A stretch of 60,088 bases of DNA from the IMG/VR virus record IMGVR_UViG_3300027861_004722; one strand, written 5' to 3'. A program made the translations under genes and the position numbers. Below, piece by piece: positions 49,153 through 57,993 of the stretch; position 1 is the stretch's first letter; every line of letters begins with the position of its first letter. This DNA comes from an uncultured virus (IMG/VR IMGVR_UViG_3300027861_004722). Taxonomy: Duplodnaviria; Heunggongvirae; Uroviricota; Caudoviricetes. Below the pieces are notes generated by a model that saw only the letters and a list, made by a program, of their open reading frames with translations, made no database searches and was not told the origin of the DNA.

Positions 49153-49839
49153 ATGTCTAATAACATACCAATTTTAGTAATCGGTGGCGGTGCCCTAGCT
49201 GCTGGTGTTTACTTTTTAACCAAGAGCAAGGACCCTGTTGCACAGGCTAAAGCGCGAAGAGACACTGCTATTGCTCGCGGTGGCCCTAAGATGGAAGCCC
49301 TCAATATGGAAGATCCGCCCCTAAAGGGCGCTCAAGTAGCTGAAGGCTTTAATATCGAACGCCGAGGAGACTGGTCAAAAGATAATCCCAAGTTCGTTCT
49401 ATCTGGGGATGGCGCGGTATTCACTTCCTTCAACCACCGTCGCCAATTTAAGGCCCCAGCTAATCACCCTCTATGGGGCAATGAAGTTTGCCGGGGCGGA
49501 TGCGTTCTTTATACAACAGGATCAAACCCTAACGCAAAATACCCTTCCGAATTCGTAGAAACCTCCAAAGGCATTGCAGCCATACTAGGAACCGCTGGAA
49601 CAGCTGCAACCGGAATCTTCAAAGCCAAAAGCCAATTTGATCTCGACTCAATGCGCCTCAAAGGTGGCGGCGGGGGAGGCGGCGGTGGCGGCGACCAAGC
49701 TGCCCTACTAGCTGCGATAGCCGGAAGAAAACCTAAGTCCAATACCGGAGTTATAGCTGCAGTCGCTATAGGTGGAATCGCTATGATGGGCATGATGTTC
49801 TTCATGATGAACCAAGGTAAAGACGAAGACGGCAAATAA
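49153..49839 (+). CDS. membrane protein with N- and C-terminal TM (Met-rich)
   Basis: GIAAILGTAGTAATGIF, poly-Gly, AMMGMMFFMM; AGGAG SD. Confidence 0.8.
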   Translation: MSNNIPILVIGGGALAAGVYFLTKSKDPVAQAKARRDTAIARGGPKMEALNMEDPPLKGAQVAEGFNIERRGDWSKDNPKFVLSGDGAVFTSFNHRRQFKAPANHPLWGNEVCRGGCVLYTTGSNPNAKYPSEFVETSKGIAAILGTAGTAATGIFKAKSQFDLDSMRLKGGGGGGGGGGDQAALLAAIAGRKPKSNTGVIAAVAIGGIAMMGMMFFMMNQGKDEDGK

Positions 49840-49847
49840 GGATTAGT

Positions 49848-50519
49848 ATGCCAAACACCCACGTAGGTAAATTAGGATCATTCGAGTCTTTCCAAGGATG
49901 GTCTGCCTTCGGAGATCTAGGTGTTTTTGCCCCAAATGTGCCTTGCGAGTCTATATGCGCCCAAGCCATGCCCACGGCGATGGGCGCTTGCATTCCTCAG
50001 TGTGGCCAAGAAAAGGCGCAATATGAACGCTCACAAGCACAGGCAGCAGCTTACACAGCTGGCCAGAAATCACGACCCGCACCCGCACCAGCCCCTTCCG
50101 GAGTAAATGCAGGCCAAGTAATGCAAGGTATTGGTGCTATCTTAGCTCCTCTAGCTAAAGCTGGCGTTGGTATCTACGCAGCCCACCAGCAAGCAAAATT
50201 AGCCGAAATGCAATTTAAGCAGGGAGGGGGCCAGCAGTCTTTTGGGCCACCCCCACCAATGTTTTTCCCACCACCACCCCCTAAAAAATCACCAGTAATG
50301 ATGATCGTCTTAGCAGTAGTCGGCCTAGCAATGATGGGTGGAATGTTTATGATGATGAGCGGCGGAGACGAAGGCGGTCAAGCCCAAGGCGGTCAAGGTG
50401 GCGGTCAAATGCCAATGCTCACTCCCAATTCTGCTGGTGGGGTAACGTATGCAGCCCCTCCTAGAGTAACCAAGGTGAAGAGGGTTCGCAAGCGCCGCAA
50501 GCGCCGTCGCCGCCCATAA
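49848..50519 (+). CDS. LG-motif membrane protein with Met-rich TM and poly-Arg tail
   Basis: KLGSFESFQG..FGDLG; 4 Cys; GIGAILAPLAKAGVGIY; RKRRKRRRRP. Confidence 0.8.
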   Translation: MPNTHVGKLGSFESFQGWSAFGDLGVFAPNVPCESICAQAMPTAMGACIPQCGQEKAQYERSQAQAAAYTAGQKSRPAPAPAPSGVNAGQVMQGIGAILAPLAKAGVGIYAAHQQAKLAEMQFKQGGGQQSFGPPPPMFFPPPPPKKSPVMMIVLAVVGLAMMGGMFMMMSGGDEGGQAQGGQGGGQMPMLTPNSAGGVTYAAPPRVTKVKRVRKRRKRRRRP

Positions 50520-50588
50520 CTAACCTACTAATCTAATCATCAGAAAAGATTAGTTAATATCTCCAAAAATAGGTATACTATTAATAGC

Positions 50589-50885
50589 ATGTATATATCA
50601 ACATTAGGCCAAGAAGACCAAGAATTTATCGAACCCCCTAGAGATTCTTCTGCTGAAACTATTCATGCAGTAGCAGACCTAACTCGCGCCATAGCAGAGC
50701 CCGCTGCGCAGGCTTTTGCCATACACGCAAGGACAGAACTCAATAAAGAGAGGCTCAAAGCTGGGCTTCCTATACTGAGGCCAGGAAGACCCCTCCCTCC
50801 ACCCCCACCCGCCCCAAAAGATAATTTTGTATTAGGGGGCATAGCTTTACTTGTCATCGTCTATTTGTTATTCTTTAAGTCTTAG
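50589..50885 (+). CDS. small LG-motif membrane protein
   Basis: MYISTLGQ; ELNKERLKAGLP; poly-Pro; C-terminal TM. Confidence 0.75.
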   Translation: MYISTLGQEDQEFIEPPRDSSAETIHAVADLTRAIAEPAAQAFAIHARTELNKERLKAGLPILRPGRPLPPPPPAPKDNFVLGGIALLVIVYLLFFKS

Positions 50886-50897
50886 CTTAGGAATTAT

Positions 50898-51296
50898 ATG
50901 CAAAAAAAACTCTCATACCCTGAAGTTCTGCAAAAAATCGATGAACTTAGGTCTGCAGGTTTATCCGATACAGACCCACAAATAAGAAAGCTCAAAGTTC
51001 AGCTTTGGGGCTATTTGGAAAAGAAAAATAAGAAAAAATCTAACAAAGTAGTTCCTACTGTAATGGCAATAAAAACCATAAAGTTGAATCCCAGAACACT
51101 GGGAAACACTAAGCTACCGGCCCCTGCAAACACACCGACCCCCGCAAACACAGGCACTGAACTTGAAAAAGCTAAAAGTGGTTCCCAGATAGAAAAACAA
51201 GCAGATAAACCCTTGAAGCCTAATATCAAATATGTGCTGCTAGGAATTATTATTGCTATTGCAATGGTTTGCTATAAGTTCTATAAAAAAGATTAG
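50898..51296 (+). CDS. basic membrane protein, C-terminal TM
   Basis: KLNPRTLGN; YVLLGIIIAIAMVCY-KK. Confidence 0.7.
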   Translation: MQKKLSYPEVLQKIDELRSAGLSDTDPQIRKLKVQLWGYLEKKNKKKSNKVVPTVMAIKTIKLNPRTLGNTKLPAPANTPTPANTGTELEKAKSGSQIEKQADKPLKPNIKYVLLGIIIAIAMVCYKFYKKD

Positions 51297-51619
51297 ATAT
51301 ACTTTTTACATACCGCCCAGGAAAGCAGAGCACCAAATACGCCAGCGGCTACAACACTTACGCCAACAATAGCGTACATACCCGCTCTTGGTTTTCCAAA
51401 GGGCGCAAAAGATTGTTCAATTCCAATAGTTTGCACAGCTATCTCTGGCCTTATCAGCTTCATCATCAGCGGATGATCGGACTGTATAGCAGTATTTGAA
51501 GGCGTTCCCGGAACAAGTATGTCAGCTAAATTTACCACTATTTTGGGCGTCACGTTGCTATCAATAACAAGTTCCGCTTGGCCAGCAACAGCAGTTAGTA
51601 GAGATCTCATGTCGGGCAT
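51293..51619 (-). CDS. small membrane protein, C-terminal TM
   Basis: DHPLMMKLIRPE..APFG; TATAAT 6 nt upstream. Confidence 0.7.
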   Translation of the reverse strand: MPDMRSLLTAVAGQAELVIDSNVTPKIVVNLADILVPGTPSNTAIQSDHPLMMKLIRPEIAVQTIGIEQSFAPFGKPRAGMYAIVGVSVVAAGVFGALLSWAVCKKYI

Positions 51620-51730
51620 AAATCAATTATACCTTATTAGCGTAGAAATACATACCTCCCTTAATAGGTTAATTTAGCAGAAACTCTTGTTTACACTGAC
51701 TAGCATGCTACTCTCCCTCTAGGAGATTCT

Positions 51731-52225
51731 ATGCTAGAAATTCAGGGTGATTTGTTCACCTACAACCCACGCGCCATACCACTAGAAGCCACCCCAAATA
51801 CAGTAGAAGAGCTGTTAGCTTTTAGTCCTTCTCATGGAAACATACTCAGGTGCATAACGACCAACGGAGTAGTTAATAAATTAGGATATTTAGTTATGGG
51901 GGCCGGAGTTGCGAAACTAGCAAAGCGCAGATTCAGAGAACTACCCTATTTACTTGGACAAAAAATAGATGAAAGAGGAAATCATGTTTATATCATTGAT
52001 GAATATGGAATGGCTAGTTTCCCCACAAAGCATCACTGGAAAGATGATTCCGATATTAATTTGATTGTGCAAAGCTGCAGAGAACTCTTACATTTTTCTA
52101 AAAAATGGGATTATGTAATCCTCCCCAGGCCCGGGTGTGGTTTAGGGGGTTTAGCCTGGAATGAAGTCAAACCTATAATTAGCGAAATTTTACATCAAGA
52201 TAAATTCATAGTTGTCCATCTGTAG
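51731..52225 (+). CDS. macro domain (ADP-ribose binding/hydrolase) protein
   Basis: GDLF, TTNG, VMGAGVA, FPTKHHWK, PRPGCGLGGL. Confidence 0.9.
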   Translation: MLEIQGDLFTYNPRAIPLEATPNTVEELLAFSPSHGNILRCITTNGVVNKLGYLVMGAGVAKLAKRRFRELPYLLGQKIDERGNHVYIIDEYGMASFPTKHHWKDDSDINLIVQSCRELLHFSKKWDYVILPRPGCGLGGLAWNEVKPIISEILHQDKFIVVHL

Positions 52226-52257
52226 GACTATTACAGAAGAACAGGTAACATAGGTAT

Positions 52258-52971
52258 ATGAACTTTTCACTAAACGCGACCGAAAAAACAGTAAAAAAAG
52301 CTATATCAAAAGCCGCTGAGGAATTAACTATTGACGATGTAGTTGATTGGAAATCCCCAGCATGGTCCCATTTAATGGCAATAACAGCGGGCCTGAAGCC
52401 TTTCTCTGACCCAGCTATTTTGATCATACCGGAGGTCTTTCGGGCCTTTTTGCCGAGAGTAGATTTCTCGCCAACAACACAGGACCGCCAGCTTGCTGCC
52501 CAAGCTCTGAAAAATGCCCTATTTCATGTGAATTATGCAATCATAGAAACCACTAAAATGGCCTATAGCTCAGTTCTCCAGTCTCCTGTAGGAGGATTGC
52601 TGGGATCATTGCAGCAAAGCATTCCAGGAGGAATAGACCAGTTTCTTGGGGAGTTACAAAACGAGCTTAATAACTATGATATGAGAAAGCTATACTTCCA
52701 AACAGGTCTTGCTATGATGTCAGATGAGCAAGCTTGGCTAGGAAAGCACCACACCTTTGCTGTTGGGGTACTAAATATTTACGATGCAGACCCCTCAAGA
52801 ATTCTGACTGATAGTGAATACTTTAGTTTTGCTTATGATCTTGGTATGCTAAGTGACGGTGTTATTACTTTCGATCCTCTAAACCAGAAGAAGGAAAGTT
52901 TATCACCAGATCAAATGATGTCAGCACTGACCCAGACCCTCAGCCAAGCATCAGGACAAGATATAGCCTAA
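52258..52971 (+). CDS. hypothetical alpha-helical protein
   Basis: 237 aa ORF between macro and ART-like genes. Confidence 0.7.
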   Translation: MNFSLNATEKTVKKAISKAAEELTIDDVVDWKSPAWSHLMAITAGLKPFSDPAILIIPEVFRAFLPRVDFSPTTQDRQLAAQALKNALFHVNYAIIETTKMAYSSVLQSPVGGLLGSLQQSIPGGIDQFLGELQNELNNYDMRKLYFQTGLAMMSDEQAWLGKHHTFAVGVLNIYDADPSRILTDSEYFSFAYDLGMLSDGVITFDPLNQKKESLSPDQMMSALTQTLSQASGQDIA

Positions 52972-52997
52972 ACGTTTCCAGTTTGCTAGAATAAAGC

Positions 52998-53474
52998 ATG
53001 GAAACCGAACTCTGGTATCATGGAACACCTAATCCTGACTCAATTCTGGATAAGGGGTTCAATATAAACCATCAACGAACCAGTGACCCCGGAGATTTCG
53101 GCTGGGGAACTTACGCCAGCAGATCCCTCTCTAGATCCCGGTGCTATGGAACTGTATTGGGTGTTTTAGTGGATACAAGCTCTTGCGCTTATATATCTAA
53201 CCCCTACTTCCTTAAAGGCATAAATCAGGTCCTTCCCTCAACATTTGAAGAGCACTTATTTTATGATATAGTTTTTGATACTAGCGATCCCGCCCTCTAT
53301 CCAACAATGCTAACTATAAAGGGACCTCGCGTATCACGAGAAGCCATATGCAAAGAAATCAGGGACAAGTTTTTAGAAAATGGCTATACTGGTATAGCTA
53401 CAGATTATAATATCGGGGAACTAGTGATCTTTGATCACGAAATAATTAAAGACGTATTCCTGCTAGACCGATAG
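52998..53474 (+). CDS. ADP-ribosyltransferase-like protein
   Basis: WYHGT, FGWGTYAS, GYTGI, ELVIFD. Confidence 0.72.
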   Translation: METELWYHGTPNPDSILDKGFNINHQRTSDPGDFGWGTYASRSLSRSRCYGTVLGVLVDTSSCAYISNPYFLKGINQVLPSTFEEHLFYDIVFDTSDPALYPTMLTIKGPRVSREAICKEIRDKFLENGYTGIATDYNIGELVIFDHEIIKDVFLLDR

Positions 53475-53486
53475 AGGCCCTAACAA

Positions 53487-54089
53487 CTACTCTTTCTTTT
53501 TACGCTTCTTTTTCTTCTCTTCTTCTTCGTGCGCTTTCTTACTAACACGCTTCAGAGCCTTGGTTTTTGGGGCATCTTCAGGATTCTTCCTAGGACGACC
53601 GCGAGGACGCTTGGGCTTATCTATCTTAGGATGCTTTCTAGGACGACCGCGAGGACGCTTGGGCTTATCTATCTTAGGATGCTTTCTAGGACGACCGCGA
53701 GGACGCTTGGGCTTATCTATCTTAGGATGCTTTCTAGGACGACCGCGAGGACGCTTGGCTTTTTCCACTCTTACCTTTTTGGGCCTGCCCCTTGTTGCCT
53801 TTTTCTTAGGAAGGCGCTTAAGGGGTTCCTTTGCAGCAAGGAGAACCTTCTTGGCTTCCGCCAGCCTCTCGGCCATATCTTTAGATGGACGACCACGCCC
53901 CCTAGGAGCGAACCATAATCTTTTAGCAGAACGAACTGTTAGCTCTTTAGTGCGTCGTTTTGGCAGCTTTTTTGTGGTTTTCCTAGTCTTTGGAGACTTC
54001 TTAGCATTTGCTACCTTCTTAGTTTTTGGGTTTTTTGCAGCGGCAGCAGGGTTTCGCCTTAAGTTCTTTTTAGGGTTTTTGTTTTTCAT
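53487..54089 (-). CDS. AT-hook histone-like protein
   Basis: Six GRP AT-hooks (PRGRPRK x4); extremely Lys/Arg-rich; CAGGA SD. Confidence 0.85.
   Translation of the reverse strand: MKNKNPKKNLRRNPAAAAKNPKTKKVANAKKSPKTRKTTKKLPKRRTKELTVRSAKRLWFAPRGRGRPSKDMAERLAEAKKVLLAAKEPLKRLPKKKATRGRPKKVRVEKAKRPRGRPRKHPKIDKPKRPRGRPRKHPKIDKPKRPRGRPRKHPKIDKPKRPRGRPRKNPEDAPKTKALKRVSKKAHEEEEKKKKRKKKE
53590..53758. repeat. perfect 48-nt tandem repeat, about 3.5 copies (codes KRPRGRPRKHPKIDKP on minus strand)
   Basis: CTAGGACGACCGCGAGGACGCTTGGGCTTATCTATCTTAGGATGCTTT at 53590, 53638, 53686; partial at 53734. Confidence 0.95.
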
Positions 54090-54173
54090 AGTAGTTCCTG
54101 ATGAAGCTAGTAAAACTAGTTAGTTTACAATACTATCATCTCTTAATCAGACTAGGTTTTCAATAGCTGGATC

Positions 54174-54201
54174 TTGACAAATCTCTAGGCATTACTATAC
54201 T
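54174..54201 (+). promoter_or_regulatory. sigma70-type promoter, leaderless geometry
   Basis: TTGACA-16-TATACT, ATG 6 nt downstream. Confidence 0.75.
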
Positions 54202-54207
54202 TTATTT

Positions 54208-54588
54208 ATGAGTGAATTAGATCCCAAACAAAACCCCCCAGGTAGCTCTAAAAGGTTTACCTTCAATTCCTTGCATACCCTTGCTGTTGAGAGCGCAAAT
54301 CAAATTAATAAAACTACCCAAAAGTACAATGAATCCTTGTCCAAAAGAATAATTGACCTATCTAATAAGGCAGCTGATTTTAAGAAACAAGTAGAAGCAA
54401 TAGAGCTAGAGATTACAAAGTTAAACAAAGAAATCAACTCCTCAGAAAAAAGCGCTCTTGACAAATACAATGAAACACTACAGGTTGTAGTTGGTTCCTT
54501 TGACACGCCTCCCCCACCCTGGAAAGCTTCAATAGTAATGCAAGATGGAAAGCCAGTCGGAGTAGATATCTCCCAGGAAACTCAATAG
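54208..54588 (+). CDS. coiled-coil hypothetical protein
   Basis: Heptad pattern; own promoter. Confidence 0.7.
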   Translation: MSELDPKQNPPGSSKRFTFNSLHTLAVESANQINKTTQKYNESLSKRIIDLSNKAADFKKQVEAIELEITKLNKEINSSEKSALDKYNETLQVVVGSFDTPPPPWKASIVMQDGKPVGVDISQETQ

Positions 54589-54597
54589 CGGCCACTA

Positions 54598-54625
54598 TTG
54601 ACTCTACTAAAAACATTGATATAAT
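54598..54625 (+). promoter_or_regulatory. sigma70-type promoter
   Basis: TTGACT-16-TATAAT with extended TG. Confidence 0.75.
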
Positions 54626-54651
54626 GCTAAAAACCCAAGGCAGAGCAGATT

Positions 54652-55326
54652 ATGCAAGTTGAAAGAGTAATTCAGACCTTTAAAGATGGGGTCCTGACCT
54701 CCAAAAAAGTAGTGAAGGTACCTCCTTCTACCAATCCCGAAACTGGGTGGGATGCAAGCCCGCCTAAACATCACAAAGCCTTAGATTTGGGAGACTTTAG
54801 CGCTGTTGCTATACAACAAGCGGCTAATGCCCAAGAACTCTTGATGGCTGAGGTCAGGAAACTTAGGAGGAATTTAATTAAGTCTGAGCGAGAAGCAGGA
54901 GCTAGGCTAAAAGAGCGGGATGCTCTAAAAAAGGCTCTGCAAAGACGACTAGACCAAGTAGAAGGCTTACAGATGAGAAACGATGACCTGTCCTGCCAGG
55001 TAGCTGCTCATGAAGATGACAATCTTCATCTAGAAGAGGAGCTAACTAAATACAAGAATCGAGTCACCTTTCTAAGCACACAACGAGCCACGCCACCTGA
55101 TTCTGACCGGCAACGTGCTCGCACAGGTCCTAGGCAACCAACGCAGCCCGCTTCCGATCAGCAACGTGCTCGCACAGGTCCCAGGCAACCAGCCCAGCCT
55201 GAAAAAACACAAGCAGCAATAACAAAAAGCAGTGCCGAAAAAGCTGCTGAACTTTTGGGCGAGCCCGCACAAGAACAGGTATCCAAAGAAGTTCGCTCCA
55301 TCGCAGCTAGCCCAGTAAAGAAGTAG
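54652..55326 (+). CDS. coiled-coil protein with duplicated QRARTGPRQP
   Basis: Long heptads; 30-nt direct repeat at 55111 and 55162. Confidence 0.72.
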   Translation: MQVERVIQTFKDGVLTSKKVVKVPPSTNPETGWDASPPKHHKALDLGDFSAVAIQQAANAQELLMAEVRKLRRNLIKSEREAGARLKERDALKKALQRRLDQVEGLQMRNDDLSCQVAAHEDDNLHLEEELTKYKNRVTFLSTQRATPPDSDRQRARTGPRQPTQPASDQQRARTGPRQPAQPEKTQAAITKSSAEKAAELLGEPAQEQVSKEVRSIAASPVKK

Positions 55327-55330
55327 GATA

Positions 55331-56692
55331 ATGTCAACACTTAGAGTAAGAAGATGCGGTATTTGCAAAGAGTCTGGCCATAATGCAAGAACTTGTTCTC
55401 AGGCATCTACTCTAGGATCTATACCGCCCCTAGGATCTACTGCCACTCCCCCAGAACTAGAATATGAAGTTGTGGATGGCAAAGCCTTGCTGGGGGCCTT
55501 CAGGTTGGGCTCTAGGCACGTATATGTCAGTATGCTGCCGTCTCACGCCGAATCCGTAATGGTTAAGTACAACCCTAATATCCAGGTATCTTGTGTTATA
55601 CCTCCACAAAAATTTAATGTAAGCTATGCTACTAGACGACAAACCAAATCGCATCTGGATATAACGACGCCCACACTAATTATGAGTTGCGGTTACGGAG
55701 AGGTTCCTACATCCCGAAGTCATAAAAGTGTAAACCTGGGATATACTTTATGGGCGTATGATACGGAAAGAAAAAATAAAATCTGGGCTAAACCTTACGT
55801 TTTCGCCAATGTCTATACGGGTTCCGGGCAGGTGTGCTTCGGAGGTTTAAGGCCCAGCAGCCTGAGACAAGCATACAATCAGTATTGGTCTAGTAGCTTT
55901 AATAATGACCTTTTCCGGGAACCGCATAATTGCGGGGAAAAATCACACAGCTTTAATTATTACCACAATGGCTGCAGATGCGACCCAAACCATAAACAAC
56001 ACACCTGCGAATGCTCCAGAGTGACTTTTCACAAGCATCGAGGATGCGGGTGCAGGACCGTGGCTGCTTCTAAGAAATGTCGTGGTGGGTGCGAAAGACG
56101 CGGTGCCGATGGCTGTCTTTGCTGCCAGGCCATTCGCAGAGTTACTGCCGCAGCACTAGAGCTAGACCCTAATATGAAGATTAGAAAGAAAAATAAGCTA
56201 GCAGTTGTTGAAGGAACTCCTTATCCGGATTGTGGGTGTGGCTTTAGACATAAACAGGCATGTGGGTGTTCCACAAATAGATGCACCTGCCTTTGCTTAT
56301 GCGCTTGCTGCCAGAAAACCTGCGTACATGAACCATGCGTATGTCAATGCTGCAAAGATACTTGTAGGTGCAGATGCGCGTGCACTGTTGAGAAACAGTT
56401 TTCTCATCATATTAAAAACTATCATGAAAGCAGGCTACTTAAACAAAAGTGGACCGACCAAACTCCGCTTTTCTGCGGAACTAAATTTTGGGCCTCTTCA
56501 AAAAGCACAACAGGAATCCTCATCTCCAATGAGAAAACCCTGCTATCCCAGATTCCAAGAAAATTCTGGAGAAAAGATACTCACGGAAGCCCTATGGTAA
56601 TTGCCACAGCGCTGTTAAAAGACGACACCTGGTACTTCGAATCAGGCGGCTTCACTTTCTCCTTGCCACAAAGTAGCGTAATTGCAAACTAG
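55331..56692 (+). CDS. Zn-knuckle + prokaryotic E2(D)-like domain + metallothionein-like Cys-rich insert
   Basis: CGICKESGHNARTC; PYVFANVYTGSGQVCFG..YWSSSFNNDL; 31 Cys in about 155 aa. Confidence 0.7.
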   Translation: MSTLRVRRCGICKESGHNARTCSQASTLGSIPPLGSTATPPELEYEVVDGKALLGAFRLGSRHVYVSMLPSHAESVMVKYNPNIQVSCVIPPQKFNVSYATRRQTKSHLDITTPTLIMSCGYGEVPTSRSHKSVNLGYTLWAYDTERKNKIWAKPYVFANVYTGSGQVCFGGLRPSSLRQAYNQYWSSSFNNDLFREPHNCGEKSHSFNYYHNGCRCDPNHKQHTCECSRVTFHKHRGCGCRTVAASKKCRGGCERRGADGCLCCQAIRRVTAAALELDPNMKIRKKNKLAVVEGTPYPDCGCGFRHKQACGCSTNRCTCLCLCACCQKTCVHEPCVCQCCKDTCRCRCACTVEKQFSHHIKNYHESRLLKQKWTDQTPLFCGTKFWASSKSTTGILISNEKTLLSQIPRKFWRKDTHGSPMVIATALLKDDTWYFESGGFTFSLPQSSVIAN

Positions 56693-56715
56693 CCTGGTTA
56701 TGGTATGATCAAATC

Positions 56716-57450
56716 ATGGATTTCAATATTTTAAGTAGAGCCCATTTTCAGGATTCTGTTTTGACCTTTCCTATCAACACAGGCTCCGGGGCATCCACGG
56801 CGTATTCCCATGATCTTAACGGTGGATCCTTTTGCTTGAAAAGAGCAGAGTGGAGATATAGCGTTCCGGGAGGCCAACTAGATGATTACGGGTGGCCCAA
56901 GGTCCCAATGCAGATATCCATTAACGGGGCGATGCAAGACCAGACCGCTAGCCCAGTAGTCATATCTCCACCGGCTCTTCTTAAAAATAAAGTAGAAGTA
57001 TCCATTAGTAACCCTTCTTCTCTGCAGGTTACCATCCATTTAACTATTACTGGAACCTTGGTTACCCCCATAGGAGATAGTGCATTGACCAGTAAAGAGA
57101 TGTTAGGCTATTCTCTTCTTGATGATTCACAGAAAGGAATGCTTGCTCTGGAGGAAGCCGCAACAGATAGGATGAGAGAGCATCTCAAGCAACTAGGGTT
57201 TGACTCACAGACGCAAGAGCAGATAATGCTAGGGCAATCTAACACTAGCAACATCAACCCTTCGGCACTACCCTCCGCAGTAATAAAGGCATTAGACACA
57301 GAATCTAATAACACCAAAAAACCAGAGGAGCTTAAATCTCTTCTAGTCGGAGATCTCGTTCAGTTTAAATTAACGAACAGTAGCGAGATTACTCTTGATG
57401 AAATACAAGCATTATCAGACTATCTCTTGAGCAAAGAGTGGAAAAAATAA
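56716..57450 (+). CDS. hypothetical protein, paralog of 31794-32651
   Basis: DFNILSRAHF, KEMLGY..LD, KEWKK. Confidence 0.75.
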   Translation: MDFNILSRAHFQDSVLTFPINTGSGASTAYSHDLNGGSFCLKRAEWRYSVPGGQLDDYGWPKVPMQISINGAMQDQTASPVVISPPALLKNKVEVSISNPSSLQVTIHLTITGTLVTPIGDSALTSKEMLGYSLLDDSQKGMLALEEAATDRMREHLKQLGFDSQTQEQIMLGQSNTSNINPSALPSAVIKALDTESNNTKKPEELKSLLVGDLVQFKLTNSSEITLDEIQALSDYLLSKEWKK

Positions 57451-57836
57451 TGAAAAGAAAGACCAGAGGAAGACGGGCTGCTATTAAAGCAGCCCGTCTT
57501 TCGAAATTTTATGCGCATCGCGTCGGGGCAGTGTTATTCAATGGGCCCCGGCTAATATCTCTTGGATACAATGTTCATAAATCTCATCCCGAGAATACGT
57601 GTTTCACGCGTCATGCAGAATTCAATTCATTAAAACGAACAAAGACCAGAACAAACAATCTAGTAATGTATGTAGCTAGATTAACAAGAACCGATAAGAT
57701 CAGCCTAGCCCGTCCCTGCCCAGCTTGCCAAATAAAGATAAGAGAAGCCGGTATCCGGGAAGTATACTACACCACACACTCAGGCGAGCTAGAAAAACTT
57801 ACTTTTGATGCTGAATTGGTAGGTTCTAATGTCTGA
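57450..57836 (+). CDS. cytidine/dCMP deaminase-family Zn protein
   Basis: RVGAVL, GYN, HAE, RPCPAC; TAATG overlap. Confidence 0.88.
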   Translation: MKRKTRGRRAAIKAARLSKFYAHRVGAVLFNGPRLISLGYNVHKSHPENTCFTRHAEFNSLKRTKTRTNNLVMYVARLTRTDKISLARPCPACQIKIREAGIREVYYTTHSGELEKLTFDAELVGSNV

Positions 57837-57993
57837 AAACTACAATGACACTAAGCAAGTTTTAAAAGAGTGGATAAAGACATCCTGGAGCTACTTAATG
57901 GCTACTAAAGACGCATTCACTAAAGAAACTAGAAAGTTCATAGTTGAGGCTCGTAGTGACTATGAGAAAGCCAAGAAAACTAAAGACGACTAG
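57829..57993 (+). CDS. 54-aa hypothetical protein, absent from ORF track
   Basis: MSENYNDTKQVLKEWIKTSWSYLM...KTKDD; overlaps both neighbours. Confidence 0.5.
   Translation: MSENYNDTKQVLKEWIKTSWSYLMATKDAFTKETRKFIVEARSDYEKAKKTKDD

Noticed and set aside
46356..50885. Diversity-generating retroelement acting on paralogous membrane genes
   Set aside because: No reverse transcriptase and no near-identical TR/VR pair differing at adenines seen; similarity is mainly at protein level.
53590..53758. Repeat array as CRISPR
   Set aside because: Contiguous 48-nt units with no spacers, in frame in the AT-hook gene; no cas genes.
53529..54123. Plus-strand repetitive ORFs (129 and 187 aa)
   Set aside because: Antisense shadows of the AT-hook gene repeat; likewise the other short antisense ORFs inside well-supported genes.
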